Positions 26,350 to 38,127 of a stretch of DNA of 64,000 nucleotides are shown one piece after another. The notes under the pieces were generated by a model, which did not search any database, was not told where the DNA came from, and saw only the letters and a list, made by a program, of their open reading frames with translations. Source of the stretch: Macrostomum lignano (lineage: Eukaryota); contig NIVC01000720.1 of assembly GCA_002269645.1 (NCBI GenBank), positions 6,096 through 70,095 of the forward strand. The letters are read 5' to 3'. A program made the translations under genes and the position numbers. The stretch's first letter is position 1; every line of letters begins with the position of its first letter.

Positions 26350-26600
26350 CTAATCTCACCCTAAGAATCCTCATCGAATCTCACCCTAAGAACCCCATCT
26401 AATCTCACCCTAAGAATCCCCAATCTAATCTCACCCTAAGAACCCCAATCTAATCTCACCCTAAGAATCCCCATCCAATCTCACACTAAGAATCCTAATC
26501 CAATCTCATTCTCCTAAGAATCCCCATCGAATCTCACCCTAATAACCCCAATCCAATCTTAACCTAAGAATCCCAATCCAATCTCACTCTAATAATCATC
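26350..26600 (+). repeat. Degenerate ~22-bp repeat (AATCTCACCCTAAGAATCCC)
   Basis: Directly visible. Confidence 0.85.
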
Positions 26601-27109
26601 CAATCCACAGTCTCGAAATTGCATTACATTTGAACAAGCAACAAGCATGAGTTATTGTCTCTCTGTCAGTTATTATTTATCCCACTGCCATTTGCTGAGC
26701 TCACTTTACAATCTGTAATGACCAAACAGTCCACACTTCAAGCTACTAAGTTGCATTTGTTTGTTGGTGCAAAATTTCAAAGTCTCTTCCAATTTAAACA
26801 CTATTTTTACTTCATATACATCTATTTTGTCATATGCTACACATGGCAGGCACAAATTTATCGAGTCTTTACTTACTAAAAAGTTAAAAATAGTTAAAAT
26901 CTTATCTAACCATGCATTTTTTAGTTTCAATAAGCTCCTCTTTATCTCGTTATATCTCTTTAGTTGTCTCTTATTAAATTTCTGTATTTTTCCTATACCT
27001 AGATACACATCTACCATTGTAGCTCGTAAAACACGTTTTGAAAAAATAAAATCCGATTATATGTGAAATCTAAGTGTTTTTCATCTTTGTATTTTTTCTG
27101 GGGTGCGGT

Positions 27110-27480
27110 GGTCACATCCTGATCCCTTATTTGGTCACATCCTGGTCCCTTACTTTGTCACATCCTGATTCCTCATTTGGTCACATCCTGGTTCCTTACT
27201 TTGTCACATCCTGATTCCTCATTTGGTCACATCCTGGTTCCTCATTCGGTCACATCCTGGTGCTTCATTTGGTCACATCCTGATCCCTCATTTGGTCACA
27301 TCCTGATCCCTCATTTGGTCACATCCTGATCCCTCATTTGGTCACATCCTGATCCCTCATTTGGTCACATCCTGATCCCTCATTTGGTCACATCCTGATC
27401 CCTCATTTGGTCACATCCTGATCCCTCATTTGGTCACATCCTGGTCCCTCATTTGGGCACATCCTGATCCCTCACTTGGT
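27110..27480 (+). repeat. 23-bp minisatellite (TTTGGTCACATCCTGATCCCTCA)
   Basis: About 16 visible copies. Confidence 0.93.
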
Positions 27481-28085
27481 CCCATGGTGGTCCCTCGTAT
27501 AATTTTTCATACAGGCGAACTATAGTTATTAAATTTGTTTGGTTGCTGGTTTCCTGTGGTACTATATGCACAAAATAATGAGAAATCTAGTCTCACGAAA
27601 GACTTTCAAGCGACATGTTTAATTATCAATGATTAAATCTTCAATTAAACGTCTGTCCTCTTACTGGCATCAGCACCAGGGGTCCAAATTGCACCATTAG
27701 CGTCATTGTGTTTGAGTCTAGGCCAGCTAAATTGAGTATTTTGGCCTCCTGGCGGCGACCCATATGCTATTTGGCACCACTTGCTATTTGGTGCTGTTGC
27801 TTATCAGCCGTTGTTATCAATTAATTACATGTAGAGAGTTGCCAGGTAGGTAGGCAGAGGGGCAGTTCAGCGCATACTAGTGAATCAAGTTTGCCCCATT
27901 ACCATTTGCGTATAACTGCAATATCTAATCGAGAATGAGTCGCACCAAAGCGCTGATAAATCTACTCTTAAATATAGGTGTGACGGATGCGGAAGTTTCG
28001 TATATAACTGAGTCGCAGAGGTTCTCAGACCGGTTGCTGTCTCATATTTTCTATGAATGTTTGTGCGCGTAGATTCCACTGGGCC

Positions 28086-30615
28086 ATGCAGCAGTACCAG
28101 TTCGTCTGCATTCTCTTAGCTCTGCTTGTCGGCTCGTGTCCAATACTCTGTCTAGGCAACGGCGACACCTGCGCCTGTTATTCTATTCAACGCTATTTGC
28201 CGCAGGTCAAGATGAACCAGACTGACCTGAGCTGCCTGTTGAGACAGCTGCGTCACGAACGCGAGGAACTGCGAAGCACTTTAGCTACGAATTCATTTTC
28301 TCCGAGCTTGAATTCCACGTCAACTTCTAGTCTGGAGAAGCAAGCGATCGCTCAAGGTCTGGAGTGCGACGTTCTAGTACAGAATAGTTGCATCTATAAT
28401 GACGTGCCAGCCTGCTTTGTTGAATTTGTTTGTCAAATTGATCGCGTCAGGTGAGTTGGTTGTGGACTCTGCCAAACAGTGAGTGTGCAACCAGTTTCTA
28501 GACAGTGCAATCAGTTTCTAGTCATTGTGCAATCAGTTATAGACAGTGTGCAACCAGTTTCTAGACAGTGCAATCAGTTTCTAGTCATTGTGCAATCAGT
28601 TATAGACAGTGTGCAACCAGTTTCTAGTCATTGCAATCAGTTTCTAGTCATTGTGCAATCAGTTATAGACAGTGTGCAACCAGTTTCTAGACAGTGCAAT
28701 CAGTTTCTAGTCATTGTGCAATCAGTTATAGACAGTGTGCAACCAGTTTCTAGACAGTGCAATCAGTTTCTAGTCATTGTGCAATCAGTTATAGACAGTG
28801 TGCAACCAGTTTCTAGACAGTGCAATCAGTTTCTAGTCATTGTGCAATCAGTTATAGACAGTGTGCAACCAGTTTCTAGACAGTGCAATCAGTTTCTAGT
28901 CATTGTGCAATCAGTTATAGACAGTGTGCAACCAGTTTCTAGTCATTGCAATCAGTTTCTAGTCATTGTGCAATCAGTTATAGACAGTGTGCAACCAGTT
29001 TCTAGACAGTGCAATCAGTTTCTAGTCATTGTGCAATCAGTTATAGACAGTGTGCAACCAGTTTCTAGTCATTGCAATCAGTTTCTAGTCATTGTGCAAT
29101 CAGTTATAGACAGTGTGCAACCAGTTTCTAGACAGTGCAATCAGTTTCTAGTCATTGTGCAATCAGTTATAGACAGTGTGCAACCAGTTTCTAGTCATTG
29201 CAATCAGTTTCTAGTCATTGTGCAATCAGTTATAGACAGTGTGCAACCAGTTTCTAGACAGTGCAATCAGTTTCTAGTCATTGTGCAATCAGTTATAGAC
29301 AGTGTGCAACCAGTTTCTAGACAGTGCAATCAGTTTCTAGTCATTGTGCAATCAGTTATAGACAGTGTGCAACAAGTTTCTAGTCATTGCAATCAGTTTC
29401 TAGTCATTGTGCAATCAGTTATAGACAGTGTGCAACCAGTTTCTAGACAGTGCAATCAGTTTCTAGTCATTGTGCAATCAATTATAGACAGTGTGCAACC
29501 AGTTTCTAGACAGTGCAATCAGTTTCTAGTCATTGTGCAATCAGTTATAGACAGTGTGCAACCAGTTTCTAGACAGTGCAATCAGTTTCTAGTCATTGTG
29601 CAATCAGTTATAGACAGTGTGCAACCAGTTTCTAGACAGTGCAATCAGTTTCTAGTCATTGTGCAATCAGTTATAGACAGTGTGCAACCAGTTTCTAGAC
29701 AGTGCAATCAGTTTCTAGTCATTGTGCAATCAGTTATAGACAGTGTGCAACCAGTTTCTAGTCATTGCAATCAGTTATAGACAGTGTGCATCAGCTTCTA
29801 GACTGTGTGCAACCAGTTTCTAGACAGTGTGCAATCAGTTTCTAGACTAGACAGTGTGCAACCAGTTTCTAGTCATTGTGCAATCAGTTATAGACAGTGT
29901 GCAACCAGTTTCTAGTCATTGCAATCAGTTTCTAGTCATTGTGCAATCAGTTATAGACAGTGTGCAACCAGTTTCTAGACAGTGCAATCAGTTTCTAGTC
30001 ATTGTGCAATCAGTTATAGACAGTGTGCAACCAGTTTCTAGTCATTGCAATCAGTTTCTAGTCATTGTGCAATCAGTTATAGACAGTGTGCAACCAGTTT
30101 CTAGTCATTGCAATCAGTTATAGACAGTGTGCATCAGCTTCTAGACTGTGTGCAACCAGTTTCTAGACAGTGTGCAATCAGTTTCTAGACTAGACAGTGT
30201 GCAACCAGTTTCTAGTCATTGTGCAACCAGTTTCTAGTCATTGTGCAACCAGTTTCTAGACAGTGTGCAACTGAGCCGATCCCTGATTGGTTGGGAGTGA
30301 GCAGATCTCTGATTGGTTGGGAGTGAGCAGATCTCTGATTGGTTGGGAGTGAGCAGATCTCTGATTGGTTGGGAGTGAGCAGATACCTGATTGGTTGGGA
30401 GTGAGCAGATATCTGATTGGTTAGGAGTAAGCCGATCTCTGATCTCAGTCAGCTCTTCAACAGCCGGACTGCTCGCTGTGCCGCCCCATTTCAGTGGCTG
30501 CAACACGCAGGCGTACAGTTACGCCGTGGTACTGCGCCGTTTCAACCAGGCCGGTCCCCTCAAGGCGGCGGTGCGCCACATCAGGATGGGCTGCAAGTAC
30601 ATACCCGACATATAG
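28086..30615 (+). CDS. Secreted Cys-containing protein, possibly cystine-knot cytokine-like; exons 28086-28450, 30453-30615
   Basis: Signal peptide MQQYQFVCILLALLVGSCPILCLG; AG|GTGAG donor at 28450; a phase-compatible acceptor at 30452 gives 175 aa. C-terminal P..FVEFVC...GC...Y..VVLRR...IRMGC resembles IL-17/trunk-type knots. Confidence 0.45.
28460..30265 (+). repeat. 63-bp satellite built of three ~21-bp subunits, in the intron of the secreted-protein gene
   Basis: Unit GTGTGCAACCAGTTTCTAGACAGTGCAATCAGTTTCTAGTCATTGTGCAATCAGTTATAGACA, directly visible. Confidence 0.97.
30283..30440 (+). repeat. 26-bp repeat (CTGATTGGTTGGGAGTGAGCAGATCT), about 6 copies
   Basis: Directly visible. Confidence 0.9.
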
Positions 30616-31412
30616 TCACAATAGTAGTCAGCTATAAGATCTTGAGTAACCCTCAACTGCATTGACTGCATGACAACAATACAATTTTTGGTTGAGTAAG
30701 GCATGACTCTGAAAACCTAATTAACATTTTTTTATACCAAAATTTGTTGTTCGCTACTTACCCTCAATTTGAAAATCAAGTTCAAGTTTAACTGTTAGTG
30801 TTTTAACTGCGAATGGCTTCTGTTATTTCAGACACATATTCGTAGCAATTACTTGAAATAAAATATACATTACAGACGGCACGCAACAAAATATTGACGC
30901 ACAGCAAAGGGAAAAAGTAAAACAAATCACAGCTTGATACTGTAGTGTCATTCTAAAAAAATAACACAAATAACTTGTAATTGTCTCATTTTTTGCAAGT
31001 AAAGGATTTAAACTATCTTAAATTTGAGGTGTTTACATCCACATGGAATGACCTAGAACCTGTGTTTTTGGGCCAATAGTAACTTTTGAAGGCCGATTGT
31101 TGCTAAATTATGTACTCTATCTTATATTGGTCATTTCTCGCTTCAATATTATCTAGTCGTCAACTTCTTACTTTCTGAAGATCATTTTAAACTTCTCTGT
31201 GCTTTTCGTCCAACGAGATTTATAATTAATTGAAAAAATTCCAATTTGGCTAATGAATATCTATTTGTACTTTTACTAGTAGTGCTCGTTGGTTAAGCCC
31301 AGTTGGGCGCGGTTAGTACGCCGGGTAAGGGCGAATATGCACATAAAGCCAATTTTTACACAGATTCGCGGGCTGTAAACAATCCTCGATTATAAACTTT
31401 AGTCGAATTCGA

Positions 31413-34400
31413 TCACACCTGAGGCAGGTAATTCTCGATCCGTTCCAGCAGCGCGTCTGAGTAGCCGGGGCTGTAGTACTTGACAATCTCCTCCGGGTAG
31501 CAGTTATTGATAGTGTTGATGTACTCCGCCAGAGCGCTGCCCGGCTCTGCACGGATCTCCTGAATCTTCTTCAGGCCGCCAGACGTCACGAACAGCCGGC
31601 GAGATTTGGGATTGTGCGGCAGCACCTTGCTAAACTGGGCGACAACGTGCTTGAGGATGTTTGGCGGCGCCTCTTGCAGTAAAGGCTCCAAGGCCTCCAG
31701 ATGCACGCACTTCTGCAGTATGTGCTTCAGAGCCTTCTTCGACTGCGATAGGGCGATGGGGTGGTGGGTATTGGGGTGAGAGTTTAAAATAGTCAACTGG
31801 ACCTGATTGGCTGGTTCGAGGTCCTTTACCCTTTGTACCAGGGCAGGCAGGGAGGTGGGTGGGGAGAGCGGTGGTTCAATCAGGCGACTTGCACCAGGGC
31901 AGGAAGGGAGGTGGGTGGGGAGAGCGGCGGTTCAATCAGGCGACTTGCACCAGAGCAGGAAGAGAGGTGGGTGGGGAGAGCGGCGGTTCAATCAGGCGAC
32001 TTGCACCAGAGCAGGAAGAGAGGTGGGTGGGGAGAGCGGCGGTTCAATCAGGCGACTTGCACCAGAGCAGGAAGAGAGGTGGGTGGGGAGAGCGGCGGTT
32101 CAATCAGGCGACTTGCACCAGAGCAGGAAGAGAGGTGGGTGGGGAGAGCGGCGGTTCAATCAGGCGACTTGCACCAGGGCAGGAAGAATGGTGGTTGAGT
32201 GGTGGTCTAAAATACGCGGAGCCAAATTAGGACAATGGCTTTTGTCCAAAGAGAAACCAGCGCATGACTTGCTCCTCACCTTGATCTGCAGATCCTCGCT
32301 CACATCCGGCCGCAGGTAGGCGCGCAGCAATTTCGGCAGAACGTTGGCCTGCGCCACGGACTTGGCGTGCTCGGGCGAGTGCCGGCCAATCTGGCCCAGA
32401 GACCAGGCCGCGGCGGCCTGGATATGGTCCTCTGGCTCCGTCTGGAGCACCGCGTCCAGCCCCAGGACGCCCTGAAGGATTGGGATGATTTGGATAATAC
32501 TTGAAGTATCATACTACTTAGTTAAGGATAAAAACTCGCCGCGTTTTATTGTTCTCAAGGATCGGGTTCCCCCAGTACCCGACATTCCCAAGTTAGAGAT
32601 AGAATTTCCAATCGGATTACCCTAGTACTCAAGATTCTGCAGTGCCCAGGACTCACCCAGTAGCCTGGATTCTCCCACTCCCCAGCTATAGAGATCGGAT
32701 TCTCCCCAGTCATAGAGATCGGATTCTCCCCAGTCATAGAGATCGGATTCTCCCCAGTCATAGAGATCGGATTCCCCCAGCTATAGAGATCGGATTCCCC
32801 CAGCTATAGAGAATCGGATTCCCCCAGCTATAGAGATCGGATTCCCCCAGCCATAGAGATCTCTATGGCTGATCGGATTCCCCCAGCCATAGAGACCGGG
32901 TTCTCCCAGCCATAGAGATCGGATTCCCCCAGTCATATAGATCGGATTCTCCTCAGCCATAGAGATCGGATTCCCCCAGCCATAGAGACCGGATTCCCCA
33001 GCCACTCACCCTGGACACGATGATGGCCATGGCGAGGTTCTCCGAGTGGGCGGCCACATAACCCAGCATCATGACGCCCGGCAGGCGGACGTTGCCGCGA
33101 CTGTCGCCGACAAAGTCAACCATGGCGGCGACTCCACCGGCGTTGACGATAAGCTGCGACAGCTCCGGCGTGTGCTTGGCCACCTCCCGGATCAGCGTGG
33201 CACAGTTCTTGCGAACGTACTCGTCCGGGTCCTTCAGGCAGGTGAGCACGGCCGGGAAGATTTCCGCTTCAACGACCATTTCTGCCAGGTCGACCTGCGA
33301 ATCAAAGTTCGGCTGCTATGATACGAGCTACAAATTCACTCATTATACGAGCGTAGTGCATGCGATAAGGGTTGAGAATTCGAGAACGAGGGATTGGAAG
33401 CTGTCTAAAATGATTGCTACTCATTGCGAATCTTATCTCAAATTCGCAAGAAAAGAAGATATCAAATTCCTCTGTTTCGAATTGTTAAGTAGAGCCTTAA
33501 GTTGAAATCCCATCTGTGTTAAAATCTTCAGACAGAGGGGCTTCATAATCACTCCAGATTCCTCACCGAGTGTTTGGCCATCTGGGCCAGCGCTGAGAAC
33601 ACCTGGCGTTTCAGCTTAGCATCCGGGTTGAGCACCATCTGGGCCAGGTGGGCGATGGCGCCAGCGTCCACCACGGTCTGGGCGAGCTCTGGCGAGTGCT
33701 TGCTGATGTCCGATAGGGCGGAAGCGGCGATGCGCTTCAGGCTGAGGTCCGGTTCTTGGACGCAGAGCACCAGCAGGGGGACAGCACCAGCATCCACCAC
33801 GGACTGCGCCAGCTCGGCGCTGTGCCTGGCGATGTAGCCGAGAGCCCAGGCGGCGCTCTCCTTCACGCCAGGGTCGAACTCCTCCAGGCAGATGACCAGG
33901 GCGTCCAGGGCGCCGCAGTCCACAACGGCCTGGGCGAGCTCGGGCGAGTGCTTGGCCACGGCGCGGAGGACGAAGGCGGCTGCTTTTTTGTAGAAGCGCT
34001 GCAATAATTATAGGGGGAGTCGTGGCCGCGATGACTGATATGAATATGCCTCACTGATAGGAGGTCGGGAGTAGCTGTCCTGTCCAACGAGGCGACTTGG
34101 ACCAGGGTCCCTGGGAGGTGGGTGGGGAGAGCAGCGGTCACCAGAGCAGGGAGGGACGTGGGTGGGGAGAGCGGCGATCCAATCAGGCGACTTGCACCGG
34201 GGCAGGGAGGGACGTGGGTGGAGAGAGCGGCGGTCCAATCAGGCGACTTGCACCGGGGCAGGGAGGGACGTGGGTGGAGAGAGCGGCGGTCCAATCAGGC
34301 GACTTGCACCGGGGCAGGGAGGGACATGGGTGGAGAGAGCGGCGGTCCAATCAGGCGACTTGCACCGGGGCAGGGAGGGACATGGGTGGAGAGAGCGGCG

Positions 34401-35497
34401 GTCCAATCAGGCGACTTGCACCGGGGCAGGGAGGGACATGGGTGGAGAGAGCGGCGGTCCAATCAGGCGACTTGCACCGGGGCAGGGAGGGACGTGGGTG
34501 GAGAGAGCGGCGGTTCAGCACCAGGGCAAATAAATGAGCAGGAGTAAATGGAATAAGTTAAAACTGATCGCTCGTCTCACATTCTGCTCAGCAAGCGAGT
34601 AGACCAGCTGCGGCAGGATGTCACCCTTTACGACAGCTTCGGCCAATTCGTCATTGTAGTTAGCCAGGCGGCCCAGTGCTAGGGCGGCAGTCTGCTGGAT
34701 GGTTGGCACAATGTCCAACAGCAGCGGTCGCAGCAGGGACATGACGCCGGCGTTCTGCAGAGTCTCGATGTTCTGCGGCCGGGTGGCCAGCTCCGCCACC
34801 GTCTGCACGAACTGAGTGCGGGCCTTCTGGTATTGCTCGAACACTGAGCAGAAATAAGAGGATGATTTCAGAAGCGTAAAATCCGCTTCGTGATTTTCAT
34901 GACTTGTTTTTTACAAACATCTGGATATTTTACTTATTAAGCTTGCAGTGCAGTAACTATATAGTTTTAATTATGGGAAATTTAAGGATTTTCAAAGCGT
35001 TTCGTTTCTTGTTTAAAAAAAGATGGACACATACTCTACAGATACTTAAAATCAAAGACTAAGAGTGTAATTTATCAACACACATCATTTTACAAAATTA
35101 AATTGTATCATTTTTACTTCTATAATATTCTGTTTGACAAAAATGCAAGTGGATTTAATTGGGATGAGTCAAAGTATCAAAGTAGCAATAATCATTAGAA
35201 TGCAGTATGTAAAAGTAAAGATGTAGTCTATATGACAGAGTTTAAAGCTGTTTTTTGTTTTTGGCTATATTACTATTTATGAAATGTGAGGATTAAAGTT
35301 AAGCAGTGCATTTTATTATTAAGGGCTACTAGCACTGGGCTTGTATTTATTTTTATTGTACTAAAGTTATTTTTAAATTCTACTTAGCATTTATTTTATA
35401 ACATTACATTGTCATTACAGACCAGAAAACTGAGAACAGAGAAAAATATCTCAATTTTGCTACATAACTTACCTTGTAAGACTTGGCGCTGGCTCAT
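31413..35497 (-). CDS. SPAG6: Sperm-associated antigen 6 (PF16), armadillo-repeat central-pair protein; exons 35497-35473, 34843-34581, 33998-33567, 33294-33010, 32471-32280, 31742-31413
   Basis: MSQRQVLQVFEQYQKARTQFVQ, LLLDIVPTIQQTAALALGRLANYN, EEFDPGVKESAAWALGYIARH and YYSPGYSDALLER; six GT-AG exons sum to 1527 nt (508 aa). Confidence 0.96.
31835..32185 (+). repeat. 56-bp minisatellite in SPAG6 intron 5
   Basis: GGTTCAATCAGGCGACTTGCACCAGAGCAGGAAGAGAGGTGGGTGGGGAGAGCGGC, about 6 copies. Confidence 0.95.
32690..33000 (+). repeat. ~24-bp minisatellite (CCAGCTATAGAGATCGGATTCCC) in SPAG6 intron 4
   Basis: Directly visible. Confidence 0.9.
34095..34520 (+). repeat. 56-bp minisatellite in SPAG6 intron 2, same family as intron 5 array
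   Basis: GGTCCAATCAGGCGACTTGCACCGGGGCAGGGAGGGACATGGGTGGAGAGAGCGGC, about 7 copies. Confidence 0.95.
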
Positions 35498-36145
35498 TTT
35501 GCTCAAGTTTTCGTAAAACTTTCAACAAGTTGTCAATAAATTTATCAGTATATTTCAAGAACGGAGCGCGTTACGAAATTACGATTTTTGATCGAATAAA
35601 ATTCACAATAATATAAAGAGCAGGCTAATCGCGTGACAAACTCAGTTTAAACATGGGACTTAACACTCAACCATGGAAGCAAATATCTCGATGCAAATTG
35701 ATTAAATAGCGGCTTTTAAAATTAAATTTATTTTTTAAGTATGCAAAAATATACAGTTATCAGCATCTGATAATACATTTTGAAGAAATAATCGTATATT
35801 TGTTTTAATATACTTTCCTTAAGCTCGGAAACTTCAAACTTTGTTGTGAGATGCATGGTGGGAACAATAGTGAGTGTATTTCGTAATTTAGGAAAAAACA
35901 AATGGCTTACTTTTATCAACTAGGAATATAAAGTTCACATATTAGCTACCACGAAAATTATCAGCATCATTCATTCGGCCGGATTCTGGCCGATGGACGC
36001 GTTTTTCGTTACCCTCTAATTGTTCATGACATGTACGCTTACATGTACATTTCAGTGGCTAATGTACATTATGGCTGAACAAATTTAACTTGTTTACATC
36101 TGCAAGTTAATTTAAAACTAATAAGATTTGGAAGGCGTACACTAT

Positions 36146-37158
36146 ACCTTTTCAACTTCGGATTCGTCAAAAGTGCAAGTTCAAATTCGTCAGCGTATGC
36201 AAAACTATAGCGCTCAAGGGAAAGAGAATGAGTGTCAATGTTAAATTTTTAGAGAAAGTGACTTCGAATTCGTCTAAGTAAGTGAAATTCGTCAGTGCAA
36301 ATACAGCCTGATCAGAAAAAGTGTTTGCTTTGTCCATGGCAAGAAAAGAAGGTGTCTATGGTAAATTTAAGTAAGAAAGTGAGTGAATTTGATTTTTGTC
36401 AGAGATGCCCTACATGACAACAAACAGCCAATGTAACGCACAAAGTCCCGTCAAGCCGACGACTGATTGCCTGGGTTGTCACAGCAGGAGCAGCAGGAAA
36501 ATCTGCAACAAGCTTTTGCTGCATTTCTTTGAGGGTCACAGTCGGCTTCTCTTCCACATACCTCGCCAACGCCCCGAGCATCTCCTCAGAAAGCTTTGGT
36601 CTCACTGCACCTCCATGCGCGTTAAGATCAATCCTACCCTCATCAACATATCTCCTGATGATGTCACTAGCAGTTGTCATCTTGATATCCAGTTCAATTG
36701 CGAGTTGTCTCCAGTCTCGTCCTTGTTGAAAACATCGCACGAGTCTAGAGCGATCAAAGAGTACTAGGCGACCTCAATTTTGAGGTTGAGTACTAGGCGA
36801 CCTCAATACTCTTTGAGAGCGATCCACAGACGAAATTCTCATGTAGGGCATCTCTGACAACAATCAAAGCATGAAATGAAGATTTCAGGAAATTGAGCTA
36901 CTTTTCCACAGACGAAATTCACTCACTTTCTTACTTAAATTTACCATAGACACCTTCTTTTCTTGCCATGGACAAAGCAAACACTTTTTCTGATCAGGCT
37001 GTATTTGCACTGACGAATTTCACTTAGACAAATTCGAAGTCACTTTCTATGGCGAAAATTTACCATAGACACTCATTCTCTTCCCCTTGAGCGCTATATA
37101 GTTTTGCATACGCTGACAAATTCGAACTCACTTTTGACGAATCCGAAGTTTAAAAGGT
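36146..37158 (-). mobile_element. Long-inverted-repeat element C with IS630/Tc1-like transposase N-terminal HTH fragment
   Basis: Arms of about 270 bp (about 36146-36420 and 36838-37158) contain GTCTATGG/CCATAGAC. Internal ORF: WRQLAIELDIKMTTASDIIRRY...HGGAVRPKLSEE...YVEEKPTVTLKEMQQKL...TTQAISRRLDG. Confidence 0.75.
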
Positions 37159-38127
37159 TTATCAAGGTTTTGAATTCCAAACTAAAGTGTGTCAATCCTA
37201 GGGTCCTTCGCGGTTTTCTTTTAAAAGGTCTAACTGCTGACATAAATTAGTTGTGCAGATAGCGGTGACTTTATGCACAAGACTATATTACCCTCTGAGC
37301 ATAAGGATCTTAGAATAAGTCTGAGTTTGCAATCTGGCCTTGCACAGCCTGTCTTTAAATCTGCACTGTATCGCCACCGATGGAGTGTGCGAGCTGCAAG
37401 AATATATGGTCTGTGCTCGATACACTGAAGGCGCTAAAGCGAACGGGCTGCTCAAGACGGTGAATCCTTTGAAGCCTAATAGTCCCGATGAGGCTTTCCC
37501 TAGAGATGTTCGAGATTTTATAGACGCTACACATGTTAGCAAGCCCTATCCCTCTGGCTGAAGCCAGCTCACTGTCTCAGAAGACCGTAGAATTGCTTCT
37601 TAGTTTTCTCTCCAATCTGAGAAGCTCTCATGCAGAGATCTCCCGGTGGAAGAGCCCAAACTATTCAGGCTGCACCGACTCCAGACTTCAAGGTGAGGGC
37701 TTCAACAGCTCTGCCGACGATGAAATCTGTAATTCGAATTCCGCTTGCTTGCGGAAGTACTAGGGAAATAGCAATAAAAGTCGTGAGTTTAATGAAGCCT
37801 GCAGCGGTGTTAAATAAATAGGAATTTGTCATTGTAATGCGAAAATACGAATGTGTTAATAATTGGTAAGAAATAATTAAATTGAGAGTGAAACCACGTT
37901 TATATTTACACTCGTATCATAGTTTTTGGCATGGAACTTTCTTGAATCCTGAAATAATTTTTTTATCGTTTTCTGCTTTTATAATGGTTACATCCAAGCA
38001 AGCGGATTAGTCTCAACTATACTATGCTATCCTAGTCTGTCACTCCGTTGTTTGTAAATCAATCAGACTGTCACCCTAGTCTGTCACTCACTAGTGAAAA
38101 GCATTACAATATTCAGTAGAAACGTTA

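Noticed and set aside
28479-30123. 433-aa and 89-aa repeat ORFs
   Set aside because: 63-bp satellite that begins just after a GTGAG donor, so intronic.
37288-37821. Short ORFs next to element C
   Set aside because: Possibly decayed TE coding sequence, but no motif could be recognised.
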